Shown here: one piece after another, positions 17,975-27,297 of the stretch
Layout: each line of letters begins with the position of its first letter
Numbering within the stretch: position 1 is the stretch's first letter
Assembly (NCBI GenBank): GCA_043800555.1
Contig: JAZDMX010000014.1
Location: 15,001-79,000 of the forward strand
DNA length: 64,000 bases
DNA from: Candidatus Omnitrophota bacterium
GTDB lineage: Bacteria > Omnitrophota > Gorgyraeia > Gygaellales > Profunditerraquicolaceae
Direction: 5' to 3'
The notes under the pieces: model-generated
What the model saw: the letters and a program-made list of their open reading frames with translations, nothing else
What the model was told of the DNA's origin: nothing
Database searches by the model: none
Made by a program: the position numbers and the translations under genes

Positions 17975-18907
17975 GTGGCGCTGAACAGGCTTAAGCTTAG
18001 CGACAAGAAAATATTCGATAAATATCTGGGTTTTGAAAAGCACGGGTTATCCGTATATAATTTCGCGAATATTTATATCTGGAGGAAGTTCTTTGATATC
18101 CGCTGGGCCTTGATCGAAAACAATTTGTGCGTGTTTTTTCAGGATAAGATCGGCGCGTTTTTGTACCTTTCTCCTTTAGGAAAAAACAAGGGCCCTCAAA
18201 TTACAAAAGAAGTCTTTCGGACCCTCGGAAAACTAAATAAGAACCCGGAGTTTGCCCATATTGAAAATGTTGAGGAGAAGGACCTGGACTTTTACAAGGA
18301 GCCGGGCTTTAAGAGCGAATTAAAAGCTTGCGATTATCTTTGTAGGCGGTCAGATTTAGCCGGGCTTAAGGGGAATAAATTTAAATCCAAGCGATCAAGC
18401 CACAATTATTTTATCAAACACAATGATTTTACTTGCGGGAAAATTTTGCTAAAAGACAGGAGAGTTTGCGCGAAGTTGTACAACCTTTGGCAAAAGCAGA
18501 GGCAGGCGGATTATCCGGATCCTATTTACCGGGGATTATTAAATGATGGCGCGATTGCCTTAAAAGAGGCCCTGGATAATTACAAGGCGCTAGGTTTTCA
18601 GGGTGTTATAGTCAAGATAAATAAAGAAGCAAAGGGTTTTACTTTCGGTTTTGAACTGGATCCGGACACCTTTTGCATATTGTATGAGATAACCGATCTC
18701 TCGGTTAAGGGTTTGGCCCAATTTATTTTCCGCGCTTTTTGCCAGGAATTAAAAAAATACAAGTTTATCAATGTTATGGATGATTCTGGCCTGGAAAACC
18801 TGAAAAAAGTAAAATTGTCGTATCATCCGCAGAAACTTATTCCGGCCTATATTGTAAGAAATAAAACACCGGAGCCGTCCCTGCCAATTCCGCCTGTGGC
18901 CGGCTGA
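17975..18907 (+). CDS. DUF2156 / aminoacyl-phosphatidylglycerol synthase C-terminal-like protein (soluble, no flippase)
   Basis: YNFANIYIW, DYL....DL..LKG.KF..KR...N.F, FINVMDDSGLENLKKVKLSYHP. Confidence 0.85.
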   Translation: MALNRLKLSDKKIFDKYLGFEKHGLSVYNFANIYIWRKFFDIRWALIENNLCVFFQDKIGAFLYLSPLGKNKGPQITKEVFRTLGKLNKNPEFAHIENVEEKDLDFYKEPGFKSELKACDYLCRRSDLAGLKGNKFKSKRSSHNYFIKHNDFTCGKILLKDRRVCAKLYNLWQKQRQADYPDPIYRGLLNDGAIALKEALDNYKALGFQGVIVKINKEAKGFTFGFELDPDTFCILYEITDLSVKGLAQFIFRAFCQELKKYKFINVMDDSGLENLKKVKLSYHPQKLIPAYIVRNKTPEPSLPIPPVAG

Positions 18908-18954
18908 GGCAAGCCCTTAGGGAGATTGTTCCGTAGCAAAAGCCGCTTTTGGCA

Positions 18955-19800
18955 ATGGCTAATATTATGGATATAGACGATATAGAATTCGTGATTTTCG
19001 ATACTGAAACTACCGGCTTGGACCCTTCTTCAGGGGACCGGATAGTTGAAATTGCCGCTTTAAGGTTTAAGGCCAGGGAAAAACTAGCGGAGTTTCAGGC
19101 TTTGATAAATCCGGGTAAACCTGTATCCAGCGCAGCTTTCGCGGTCAATAAAATCAGCCCGGATATGCTTAAAGATGCGCCTGCCCCGGGCGAAGTAATC
19201 CCCGGGTTCTTGGATTTTATCCAAGGCAGCTGCCTTTGTTCTTATAACGCCGGCTTTGATTTGGGCTTTTTGAATAACGAGCTTAAAATATTAGGGCTTC
19301 CTGCTTTAAAAGACGTTTTGGTAGTTGACGCGCTTAAGATGGCAAAGCGCCTTATGCCGGGACTTGAACGTTACGCGCTTTGGTTTGTGGCAGATGCCCT
19401 GGGAATAAAAATTCAGCAACAACACCGCGCGTTTTCCGATGTCAAGCTTACTTTAGGCGCCTTTTATGAATTAAAAGATATGCTTGCGGCTAAAGGCGTA
19501 ACTGATTTTAATAAATTCGCGGGTTTGTTCAGTATTGACCCGATCCTGCTAGAGAATATCAATAATCAAAAGATCGCCCAGATCCAGGAAGCGCTAAATT
19601 TAAAGGCCCAGGTAAAAATAGAATATATCTCCGCTTCCAGCGCCCAGGTCACCGAGCGCCAGGTAGCGCCGAAAGAGATCAAACAAGAGAATGGCCGTAG
19701 TTATCTGGTTGGGTATTGTTGCCTGAAGCGCCAAGAGCGCTCATTCCGGGTGGATAATATATTGCATATTGAGCTTATAAATGAAAGCAGTAAGGATTAA
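18955..19800 (+). CDS. DEDDh 3'-5' exonuclease (DnaQ-like) fused to a C-terminal WYL domain
   Basis: FDTETTGL, DRIVEIA, YNAGFD, HRAFSDV; C-terminus I.Y.S....TER.V.P...YLVGYCCLK..ERSFRVDNI; start uncertain (18949/18955/18967). Confidence 0.87.
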   Translation: MANIMDIDDIEFVIFDTETTGLDPSSGDRIVEIAALRFKAREKLAEFQALINPGKPVSSAAFAVNKISPDMLKDAPAPGEVIPGFLDFIQGSCLCSYNAGFDLGFLNNELKILGLPALKDVLVVDALKMAKRLMPGLERYALWFVADALGIKIQQQHRAFSDVKLTLGAFYELKDMLAAKGVTDFNKFAGLFSIDPILLENINNQKIAQIQEALNLKAQVKIEYISASSAQVTERQVAPKEIKQENGRSYLVGYCCLKRQERSFRVDNILHIELINESSKD

Positions 19801-20842
19801 ATTACCCGTTAAATTAAGAAAAACGGTTTTGGCCTTAGGCCCGCAAACTAAAAACACTATTTGCTTTGCCAAAGGCAGCAGCGCGTATATTAGCCCTATG
19901 CATGCGGATTTAAGCTTGCCCGCAGATTTATCAGCTTTTGGGAAAGACGCAAGATATTTTCTTAAAAAGCATCCTAAAATTGTAGCTTGCGATTTACACC
20001 CGGAATATCAGTCAACTAAGCTCGCTCTTTCTATCTCTGGCAGGCGCAATCCCGAGTTAATCCAGCATCACCACGCGCATATTGCCGCTTGCATGGCTGA
20101 AAATGGGTTGAAAGGCCAAAAAGTAATCGGCGTCGCTTTTGATGGGACGGGCTTAGGGCCCGATAATAATATTTGGGGCGCGGAATTCCTAGTCTGTAAT
20201 TATAAAACATTTGTCAGGCAGGCGCATTTAAAAGAGATCCCGCTAGTCGGCGGAGAGAGGGCGGTTTTAGAGCCCTGGAGGGTATTGGCTGCCTGGTTTG
20301 ATTTCGATAAGGACCGGGAGTTAAAGAAAATATACCAATCCGGAATCAATTCTCCTTTGGCTAGCAGCATGGGCAGATTATTCGACGCAGTTGCCAGCCT
20401 TATCTTAAGCAAGGCAAAGGCGAGTTTCGAGGCAGAATTACCGATCGCCTTGGAAAAATTAGCCGAAAAAGGCAAGTTCCGGAATTCGGACTATAGGTTT
20501 AACCTGAAAAAATGCCAAGGCAGCTATATTATTGATCCCGCGGGCGTATTTAAGCGGATCCTTAAGGACCTGAAATCAGGAATTTCGCGTAATGACATTG
20601 CTTTAAATTTTCATCATAGCGTTGCCAGGATGATTGCGCAAACCTGCTCAGTTTTAAGAAAAAGAAATCAAATCAAGAAAGTGGCTTTATCCGGAGGAGT
20701 TTTTCAAAACAGGATTTTACAAAGATTGAGTTCGGATTTATTATATCAAGAAGGATTTGAAGTTTTTACGCATAAAAAATTATCCTGCAATGATTCGTGT
20801 GTTTCCTTGGGAGAGGCAATAATAGCAGGTTTAAGGAGCTAA
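19781..20842 (+). CDS. hypF: Hydrogenase maturation carbamoyltransferase HypF, short form (Kae1-like domain only)
   Basis: KNTIC, ACDLHPEYQST, QHHHAHIAAC, AFDGTGLG, SSMGRLFDAVA, LSGGVFQN, ND...SLG; 353 aa. Confidence 0.9.
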   Translation: MKAVRIKLPVKLRKTVLALGPQTKNTICFAKGSSAYISPMHADLSLPADLSAFGKDARYFLKKHPKIVACDLHPEYQSTKLALSISGRRNPELIQHHHAHIAACMAENGLKGQKVIGVAFDGTGLGPDNNIWGAEFLVCNYKTFVRQAHLKEIPLVGGERAVLEPWRVLAAWFDFDKDRELKKIYQSGINSPLASSMGRLFDAVASLILSKAKASFEAELPIALEKLAEKGKFRNSDYRFNLKKCQGSYIIDPAGVFKRILKDLKSGISRNDIALNFHHSVARMIAQTCSVLRKRNQIKKVALSGGVFQNRILQRLSSDLLYQEGFEVFTHKKLSCNDSCVSLGEAIIAGLRS

Positions 20843-20845
20843 GTT

Positions 20846-21055
20846 ATGTGTTTGGGCATACCCATGAAGATTAAAAGGATAAGCGGAGATTTCGCCGAAG
20901 TGGAATCCGGGAGGCTTTTACGCAGAGCCAATATCCAAATGCTGCCGGGATTAAGGATAGGGGACTATGTATTGGTCCACGCCGGTTTTGCCATCCAGAA
21001 GGTCAGCCCTAAAAGGGCCAGGGAAACTTTAAGAATAGCCGATGAAATACATTGA
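20846..21055 (+). CDS. hypC: Hydrogenase assembly chaperone HypC
   Basis: MCLGIP, GDYVLVHAGFAI. Confidence 0.97.
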   Translation: MCLGIPMKIKRISGDFAEVESGRLLRRANIQMLPGLRIGDYVLVHAGFAIQKVSPKRARETLRIADEIH

Positions 21056-22130
21056 TGAATTCCGCAACCCTAGGTTAGTCAAAAGGCTCGCCGCAAATAT
21101 TTCCGGCTCAAACCCCGGAGTTAAAATTAATATTATGGAGGTTTGCGGGACCCACACGCAGAATTTCTACCGTTTTGGGTTGCCTGGGCTCTTGCCCGGC
21201 AATATCAGGTTGATTTCCGGCCCCGGCTGCCCTGTATGCGTAAGCCCGCAGGGCTATATTGATTCCGCCATTGCATTAGCTAAAAATAAAGATTTAATTA
21301 TCGCTACTTTTGGCGATATGCTGCGCATACCCGGGACAAGTTCGTCGTTAGAAAGAGAAAAGGCCAGGCTTGGCAATGTCCGGGTGGCGTATTCCCCTTT
21401 GGATGCGTTGGCGATAGCCGAAAACAATCCTGATAAACAAATAGTATTTTTGGCAGTAGGGTTTGAAACTACGGCTCCCGCGATTGCTTTAACAGTCCTG
21501 GAGGCGAAAAGAAAAAAGCTAAAGAACCTTTCTTTTTTTTCGTCCCTCAAATTGATCCCGCCGGCCATGCGGCATTTATTATCCGACAAAAGGCTTAAGA
21601 TCGACGGTTTTTTGTGCCCGGGCCATGTCTCGGCGGTTATCGGGACAAGGGGTTATGAGTTTATCCCGAAGCAATACAAAATACCTTGTTGTGTCGCCGG
21701 ATTTGAGCCGGTGGATATCCTGGAGGCAATCCTTATCATCATCGGGCAAATCATTTTGCATAAAGCTTGTGTGGCTAACCAGTACGCGCGCGTAGTCACT
21801 GAATCCGGGAATATCCTGGCGCAGGGCGTTATCAACCGCGTCTTTGAACCCGGGGATTCAAATTGGCGGGGTTTTGGCGTTATACCTGATAGCGGGCTTG
21901 AATTAAGGAAAGAATTTTCTGCTTTTGACGCAAAGCGCATTTTTTCTATCAGCGGTAAAACAGCCAGAACAAGGATTGCCGGCAAGTGCCGGTGCGCCGA
22001 TGTCTTGAAAGGGATAATTTCTCCGGATGCCTGCGTTTTATTCGCTAAGGCGTGTAACCCGGATAACCCCATTGGCCCGTGCATGGTTTCCAGCGAGGGG
22101 GCGTGTAATGCGTATTATAAATTCCGGTAA
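21042..22130 (+). CDS. hypD: Hydrogenase formation protein HypD
   Basis: MEVCGTHT, GPGCPVC, GFETT, PGHVS, GPCMVSSEGAC. Confidence 0.98.
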   Translation: MKYIDEFRNPRLVKRLAANISGSNPGVKINIMEVCGTHTQNFYRFGLPGLLPGNIRLISGPGCPVCVSPQGYIDSAIALAKNKDLIIATFGDMLRIPGTSSSLEREKARLGNVRVAYSPLDALAIAENNPDKQIVFLAVGFETTAPAIALTVLEAKRKKLKNLSFFSSLKLIPPAMRHLLSDKRLKIDGFLCPGHVSAVIGTRGYEFIPKQYKIPCCVAGFEPVDILEAILIIIGQIILHKACVANQYARVVTESGNILAQGVINRVFEPGDSNWRGFGVIPDSGLELRKEFSAFDAKRIFSISGKTARTRIAGKCRCADVLKGIISPDACVLFAKACNPDNPIGPCMVSSEGACNAYYKFR

Positions 22131-24558
22131 CCGAATTCCGGCATTCCGGCATAAAAAGCCCGGTAAACTGCTTATTTGTTTTTGGCTATTATCCGGTTAT
22201 TGCTGTTTGATTGCCGGCTCTTTGTCCGGATGCGCCCGTGCGCCCGAAACAAAAACCCCCCAGGATTACATAAAACTATCCGAAGATTATTACCATAAGG
22301 CCGTCAAGCAGTATAAAAGGCTAATCGCGGAGAATCAAAATACCGATGGATTGTACCTTGGGCTAGGCAAACTCTATTACGGCCGCGGAGACCTTGAAAG
22401 CTCCATTGAGGCGTTTCAAAAAACATCATCTCCTGAAGCCGGCAAGTTTATCGCTCTGGCCTATTATCGTTTAGGCGATTATACGGGCGCCTTGGAAATA
22501 TTTAACCGTAAAAATGATGTTGACGATGAGTATAGGTATTATCATGGCCGTACCTGTGAAAAGCTGAATTTATTTGACCAAGCCTTAAATATTTACAGGG
22601 GGTTGGGAAACGGGGAATTCCGGGTTAAGGCAGGAAAGCGGATCGAAATAATCGAAAACAATATCCGCTCAACGCATATCCGGGATTTAGACCCGGAAAT
22701 CAGCAAGATGATAGAGCGCCTGGACCAGCAAGAAAAATACCCGCAGGCAAGCGCGCTTATTCTCTTGGCTGATGAGAAGGTGGAGGTCGCTAAGGATAAT
22801 ACCGAGGTTTCTGATCTGCATTATTTGATCAAGATCTTAAATGAGCGTGGCAAGGAGAGTTTTGCGGAGGCCCAAATAGAGTATGACTCCACTTTTGAAA
22901 AAGTGGAGTTGGAATACGCGCGCACCATTAAGCCTGACGGTAAGGTGGTTAACGTTGGCTCGCGCCACATCCGCGATGTGTCAAAATACCTGAACTATCC
23001 GCTTTATAGTAACGACAGGATTTTCATAATTTCGTTCCCCGAAGTAGCCATAGGCTCCTGCCTTGAATACAAATTGAAAATAAAACGCAGCGAGCTTATT
23101 AATAAGAAAGATTTTGTCTTGAGTTATCCGCTGCAATCTGAAGAGCCGGTTATCGCGGCGGATTTTTCACTCACTTTGCCTAAAGAGAAGAAACTTAAAA
23201 CTAAGATCATCAACGGTAAATACAATGATTTCGGGGCCGGCCTTGTTCCTCTTGTTGAAGAGCTCCGGGATAGCGTAGTTTATCGCTGGAAATTTAAAGA
23301 CATCCCCCAGATAATCCCGGAATCCAATATGCCGGCTAGCGCAGAGATTAACCCCACAATATTATTATCTACTTTCCAGGATTGGGATGAAGTCTATAAT
23401 TGGTGGTGGGGCTTAGCCAAAGATAAGACGCAGGCAGATATCGCTATTAAAGAAAAGGTTAAGTTCCTGACAAGGGGAGCGCGTTCTGATGAAGACAGGG
23501 CGCGTTCGATTTATAACTTTTGCGCTCAGAACATCCGTTATGTTGCGGTAGAATATGGGCAGGCCGGTTACCAGCCGCATCCGGCAGCCGAAATATTCAA
23601 AAATAAATACGGAGATTGCAAAGACCAGTCCATACTTTTAGTTACCATGCTTAAGGAGGCCGGATTTAATGCCTATCCTGTGCTTATCAGCACGGATGAA
23701 TCCATTAATCTTAATCCCGATTTGGCGGCAACATTATTTAACCACTGTATAGCGGCGCTAGAGCTTAACGGGAAGACTATATTTCTCGACCCTACTGCCC
23801 AAACATGTTCTTTTGGGGACCTGCCTGCGCAGGATCAATCGCGCAAGGTTTTGGCATTTAGCCCCCAGGGGTATAAAATTCTGGATACGCCGTTATACCC
23901 GCCGGGGCATAACTTAATTCGCCAGGAGCTGGATATAAAAATCAACAGTAACCAGGGAATTATCGCCCGTAAAGAGATTTATGCCCGCGGTTATTATGAC
24001 CAAGCCCAGCGCTATTGGCTTCTCTATACCCAGCCGGAATTGATACAGGATGCATTAAACAGTATGGCGCAGAAAGTTTCAATCGGGGCCAGGGTGGATA
24101 AATATACAATCGATAACCTGGATGATTTGAATAAGACAGTTGTGCTGGCGTATGATTTTTCCGGCAATGAATTCTTTACCGTTTCGGGCCGCTTAAGGAT
24201 TTTACCGCAATTGGCCTCGGTAAACACGTCTTTGGCCTCCAAGCCTAAACGGAAATACCCTCTTGACCTGGGCTTTTTGGATACCAAGGAAGAATACCTG
24301 GATATAGAATTACCGGACGGGTTTGCCATCAAGGGCATGCCGGATAACCTAAGCGAGGATAGCCCGTGGCTGAAGCTTGAGGTCGAGTATAGGCATAAGG
24401 GCAATACGATTTCCTTCCGGCAAAAAACCGAGACTAAGAAAAAAATCATTCCTCAGAATGAATACGCGCATTTTAAGGCCTTTTTGGAGAAACTCGCCCA
24501 AGACCTTAAGCAAAGGGTGATCCTGGAGAAAGAAGGCGGTGAAGATGCAGAAAAATGA
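22108..24558 (+). CDS. TPR + DUF3857 + transglutaminase-like lipoprotein
   Basis: Lipobox LSGC, TPR-like helices, IRYVAVEYG, GDCKD / FNHCI / LDPT Cys-His-Asp triad; ATG 22108 preferred over 22027. Confidence 0.85.
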   Translation: MRIINSGNRIPAFRHKKPGKLLICFWLLSGYCCLIAGSLSGCARAPETKTPQDYIKLSEDYYHKAVKQYKRLIAENQNTDGLYLGLGKLYYGRGDLESSIEAFQKTSSPEAGKFIALAYYRLGDYTGALEIFNRKNDVDDEYRYYHGRTCEKLNLFDQALNIYRGLGNGEFRVKAGKRIEIIENNIRSTHIRDLDPEISKMIERLDQQEKYPQASALILLADEKVEVAKDNTEVSDLHYLIKILNERGKESFAEAQIEYDSTFEKVELEYARTIKPDGKVVNVGSRHIRDVSKYLNYPLYSNDRIFIISFPEVAIGSCLEYKLKIKRSELINKKDFVLSYPLQSEEPVIAADFSLTLPKEKKLKTKIINGKYNDFGAGLVPLVEELRDSVVYRWKFKDIPQIIPESNMPASAEINPTILLSTFQDWDEVYNWWWGLAKDKTQADIAIKEKVKFLTRGARSDEDRARSIYNFCAQNIRYVAVEYGQAGYQPHPAAEIFKNKYGDCKDQSILLVTMLKEAGFNAYPVLISTDESINLNPDLAATLFNHCIAALELNGKTIFLDPTAQTCSFGDLPAQDQSRKVLAFSPQGYKILDTPLYPPGHNLIRQELDIKINSNQGIIARKEIYARGYYDQAQRYWLLYTQPELIQDALNSMAQKVSIGARVDKYTIDNLDDLNKTVVLAYDFSGNEFFTVSGRLRILPQLASVNTSLASKPKRKYPLDLGFLDTKEEYLDIELPDGFAIKGMPDNLSEDSPWLKLEVEYRHKGNTISFRQKTETKKKIIPQNEYAHFKAFLEKLAQDLKQRVILEKEGGEDAEK

Positions 24559-26506
24559 TTTCCCCGGAGCAGAGCAGCGTAAATACGTGCGCCTGGATAC
24601 GGTTTTCCCGGTGCAATTTAGCCTTTTAACTATCGACGGTAAAATAAACTTATCCGGCCCCCTGCAAGGATTTACCAACAATTTAAGCAGCGGCGGGATA
24701 TGCTTATGCGTGAATAATCTTGAACTCCGCTTTGCCCAGATGATAAAAGAGCATCAGGCAAAATTTTCCTTAATGATAGATATACCGTTCTTAAGGAAAC
24801 CGATAGGCGCCTTAGCCCTTCCTGTTTGGGTGAAGGTTGATACTGCCGGAGGGAATAAATATTACATCGGGCTTCTTTACGAGGTAATCGAGGCGTCTGC
24901 CAACCATAAATTAATGTCTTATGCCCGCAGGAAGAAATTCTTTGTCCCCGTAGTGTTAGGGGTTGTTATTTTCCTGGGGGCCCTCTTGGCGTTAAACAGT
25001 TTTATGAATATTAAGCTTACGGAAGAAAACAGGGCCTTGGTCCGGGAATTGACCGCGGTAATCCGGGAATCCGGAGAGGCCCGGAGGCAAATAAGCGGGA
25101 TAAACAAAGAAAAGCTCCTGTTGGAGTCAAACATTAAAGCGTTAGAATCGCGCATTAAGGGAATAGACGATGAAAGGCTAAAATTAGAAAATAGGTCCCA
25201 GACGGCCACCGGCGAGCTTAGGGAGCAGTCCAGAAAGATAGGCGAATTAAACAGCCGGATTAAGCAATTAACGGCTGAAAAAGAGGGGCTTAAAAGCAAG
25301 CTGGCCGTAACCCGGATGAAAGAGGGCGCTATTTCCAAAGAGATTGAGCGCATAGACAAGAAAAAAGCAGTCTTAGAAAGGGCAAATTTTGAAGCGATGT
25401 ATCAATGGATCCGGGTGCATCAAAATCCGCGCACCGGATTAGTTATGAGCTTTGAAGGCGACAGCGATATAAGCGGGTGGGCTTTTACTTACGATCAGTC
25501 TCTGGTCATTCAGGCTTTTACTAATTTTAGCGATTTTCAACGCGCAAAAAAAATACTGGATTTTTTTAATAACCGGGCCCAAAAAAAGGACGGCTTATTC
25601 CTGAACGCCTATTATGCCGATGACGGGGCGCCGGCTGAATATGTAATCCACTGCGGCCCGAATATCTGGTTGGGCATTGCGGCAGTCCAATATTCTTATA
25701 AGGCGCATGACAGAACATATCTGGATATGGCCGAGAGCATTGCCGATGGGGTAATCAATTTGCAGGGGCAGGATTCCGAAGGAGGCCTGCGCGGGGGCCC
25801 CGGCGTAACCTGGTATTCTACCGAACATAACCTAGACGCTTATGCGTTTTTTGACATGCTTTATACGCTTACGAATAAGCAAAAATACCTGGAGGCGCGG
25901 GATAAAGTGCTGGATTGGTTGGTTAAGAATACCTATAGCAGGACAGGCATACCTATTAAGCGCGGCAAGGGAGATTCCACTATTGCCACCGATACTTACG
26001 CCTGGTCAATCGCAGCTATTGGGCCGGATAAATTAGAAAGTTTAGGGATGGACCCGGATAAAATTATGGATTTTGCGGAGAAAACCTGCGGGGTAAATGT
26101 TTGTTATAAGCCGCCCGGCAGGGGCAAGGTCCAAATCCAGGGGTTTGATTTTGCCCCCCAGAGGCATGTTTCCCGGGGCGGGGTAATTTCATCGGAGTGG
26201 ACCGCCCAGATGATTATTTCTTTTAAGATCATGGCGGATTATTATCTTAGAAAGGGTGTTATTGCCAAGGAGAATAGTTACCGGTTGAAAGCGGAGGAAT
26301 ACCTGCTCTCTTTAAGTAATATGATTATCTGTAGCCCCTCGGCTTCGGGCCAGGGCGCTAACTGCCTTCCTTACGCCAGCCTTGATTTCGTGGATACCGG
26401 CCATGGCTGGTTTACGCCAAAAGGCAAAGATACGGGTTCGGTATCCGGAACCACCTATACAATTTTCGCTTATTATAATTACAATCCCCTGAAGCTTAAA
26501 GATTAA
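24545..26506 (+). CDS. PilZ domain - TM - coiled coil - (alpha/alpha)-barrel glycosidase-like protein
   Basis: EQRKYVR (RxxxR) and NLSSGG PilZ motifs; TM VPVVLGVVIFLGALLAL; ~130 aa heptad-rich stalk; C-domain with YDQSL, GPNIWLGIA, STEHNLDAY, SSEWTAQ. Confidence 0.7.
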   Translation: MQKNDFPGAEQRKYVRLDTVFPVQFSLLTIDGKINLSGPLQGFTNNLSSGGICLCVNNLELRFAQMIKEHQAKFSLMIDIPFLRKPIGALALPVWVKVDTAGGNKYYIGLLYEVIEASANHKLMSYARRKKFFVPVVLGVVIFLGALLALNSFMNIKLTEENRALVRELTAVIRESGEARRQISGINKEKLLLESNIKALESRIKGIDDERLKLENRSQTATGELREQSRKIGELNSRIKQLTAEKEGLKSKLAVTRMKEGAISKEIERIDKKKAVLERANFEAMYQWIRVHQNPRTGLVMSFEGDSDISGWAFTYDQSLVIQAFTNFSDFQRAKKILDFFNNRAQKKDGLFLNAYYADDGAPAEYVIHCGPNIWLGIAAVQYSYKAHDRTYLDMAESIADGVINLQGQDSEGGLRGGPGVTWYSTEHNLDAYAFFDMLYTLTNKQKYLEARDKVLDWLVKNTYSRTGIPIKRGKGDSTIATDTYAWSIAAIGPDKLESLGMDPDKIMDFAEKTCGVNVCYKPPGRGKVQIQGFDFAPQRHVSRGGVISSEWTAQMIISFKIMADYYLRKGVIAKENSYRLKAEEYLLSLSNMIICSPSASGQGANCLPYASLDFVDTGHGWFTPKGKDTGSVSGTTYTIFAYYNYNPLKLKD

Positions 26507-26508
26507 GG

Positions 26509-27147
26509 ATGGAGAGAAAGCTAAAGTCAATTTACAACAAGCTTTATTCTTATTTCGGCCCACAGCGCTGGTGGCCGGCTGACTCCGCTTTTGAAGTGAT
26601 GGCGGGAGCTATCCTTACCCAAAATACCAGTTGGCTAAATGTAGAAAAGGCAATAGCGAATTTAAAAAAACATAAGCTGTTGGACCCGTTTAAGCTTTAT
26701 AATCTGGCCGATAAAAAACTCGCTGCGCTTATCCGGCGGGCGGGCTACTATAATATCAAGGCCAAACGGCTCAAAGAATTCCTTAAATTCTATATAAATA
26801 ATTACGGGGCAGACGTTAAAAAGATATCCGCGAAGAACTTGGGCGTTCTGCGCAAAGAATTGCTCTCGGTAAAAGGCGTTGGCCCGGAAACGGCGGATTC
26901 GATTTTGCTCTACGCTTTGAATAAGCCTGTTTTTGTTATCGATAGTTACACCAAAAGGGTATTCTCGCGGCATAAATTACTGAAGGAAGATTCCGGCTAT
27001 GATGAGGCCCAGGAGCTGTTTATGTCCAATCTAGGCAGAAACGCCAAATTATTTAATGAATACCACGCTCTTATAGTGGCATTGGCCAAAGCTTATTGCA
27101 GCAAATCGAATCCTAAATGTTCCGTATGCCCCCTGGATTTTTGTTAA
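26509..27147 (+). CDS. Endonuclease III-like HhH-GPD DNA glycosylase
   Basis: GPQRWWP, GAILTQNTSW.NV, LLSVKGVGPETADSILLY, C-terminal Cys cluster. Confidence 0.92.
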   Translation: MERKLKSIYNKLYSYFGPQRWWPADSAFEVMAGAILTQNTSWLNVEKAIANLKKHKLLDPFKLYNLADKKLAALIRRAGYYNIKAKRLKEFLKFYINNYGADVKKISAKNLGVLRKELLSVKGVGPETADSILLYALNKPVFVIDSYTKRVFSRHKLLKEDSGYDEAQELFMSNLGRNAKLFNEYHALIVALAKAYCSKSNPKCSVCPLDFC

Positions 27148-27297
27148 AATTCTGCTATAATAATAAATATTAAGCGGCTTGGTTATCGCGGGGATTGCTC
27201 CAAGGGAGCGGGAATAGCCAGCCTATGAGAAATTGATTCTTCGCCTGACGGCAAAGCAGGCTCGATTTTTAGCTAGCAAAGTCCGCCATAGCATTAG

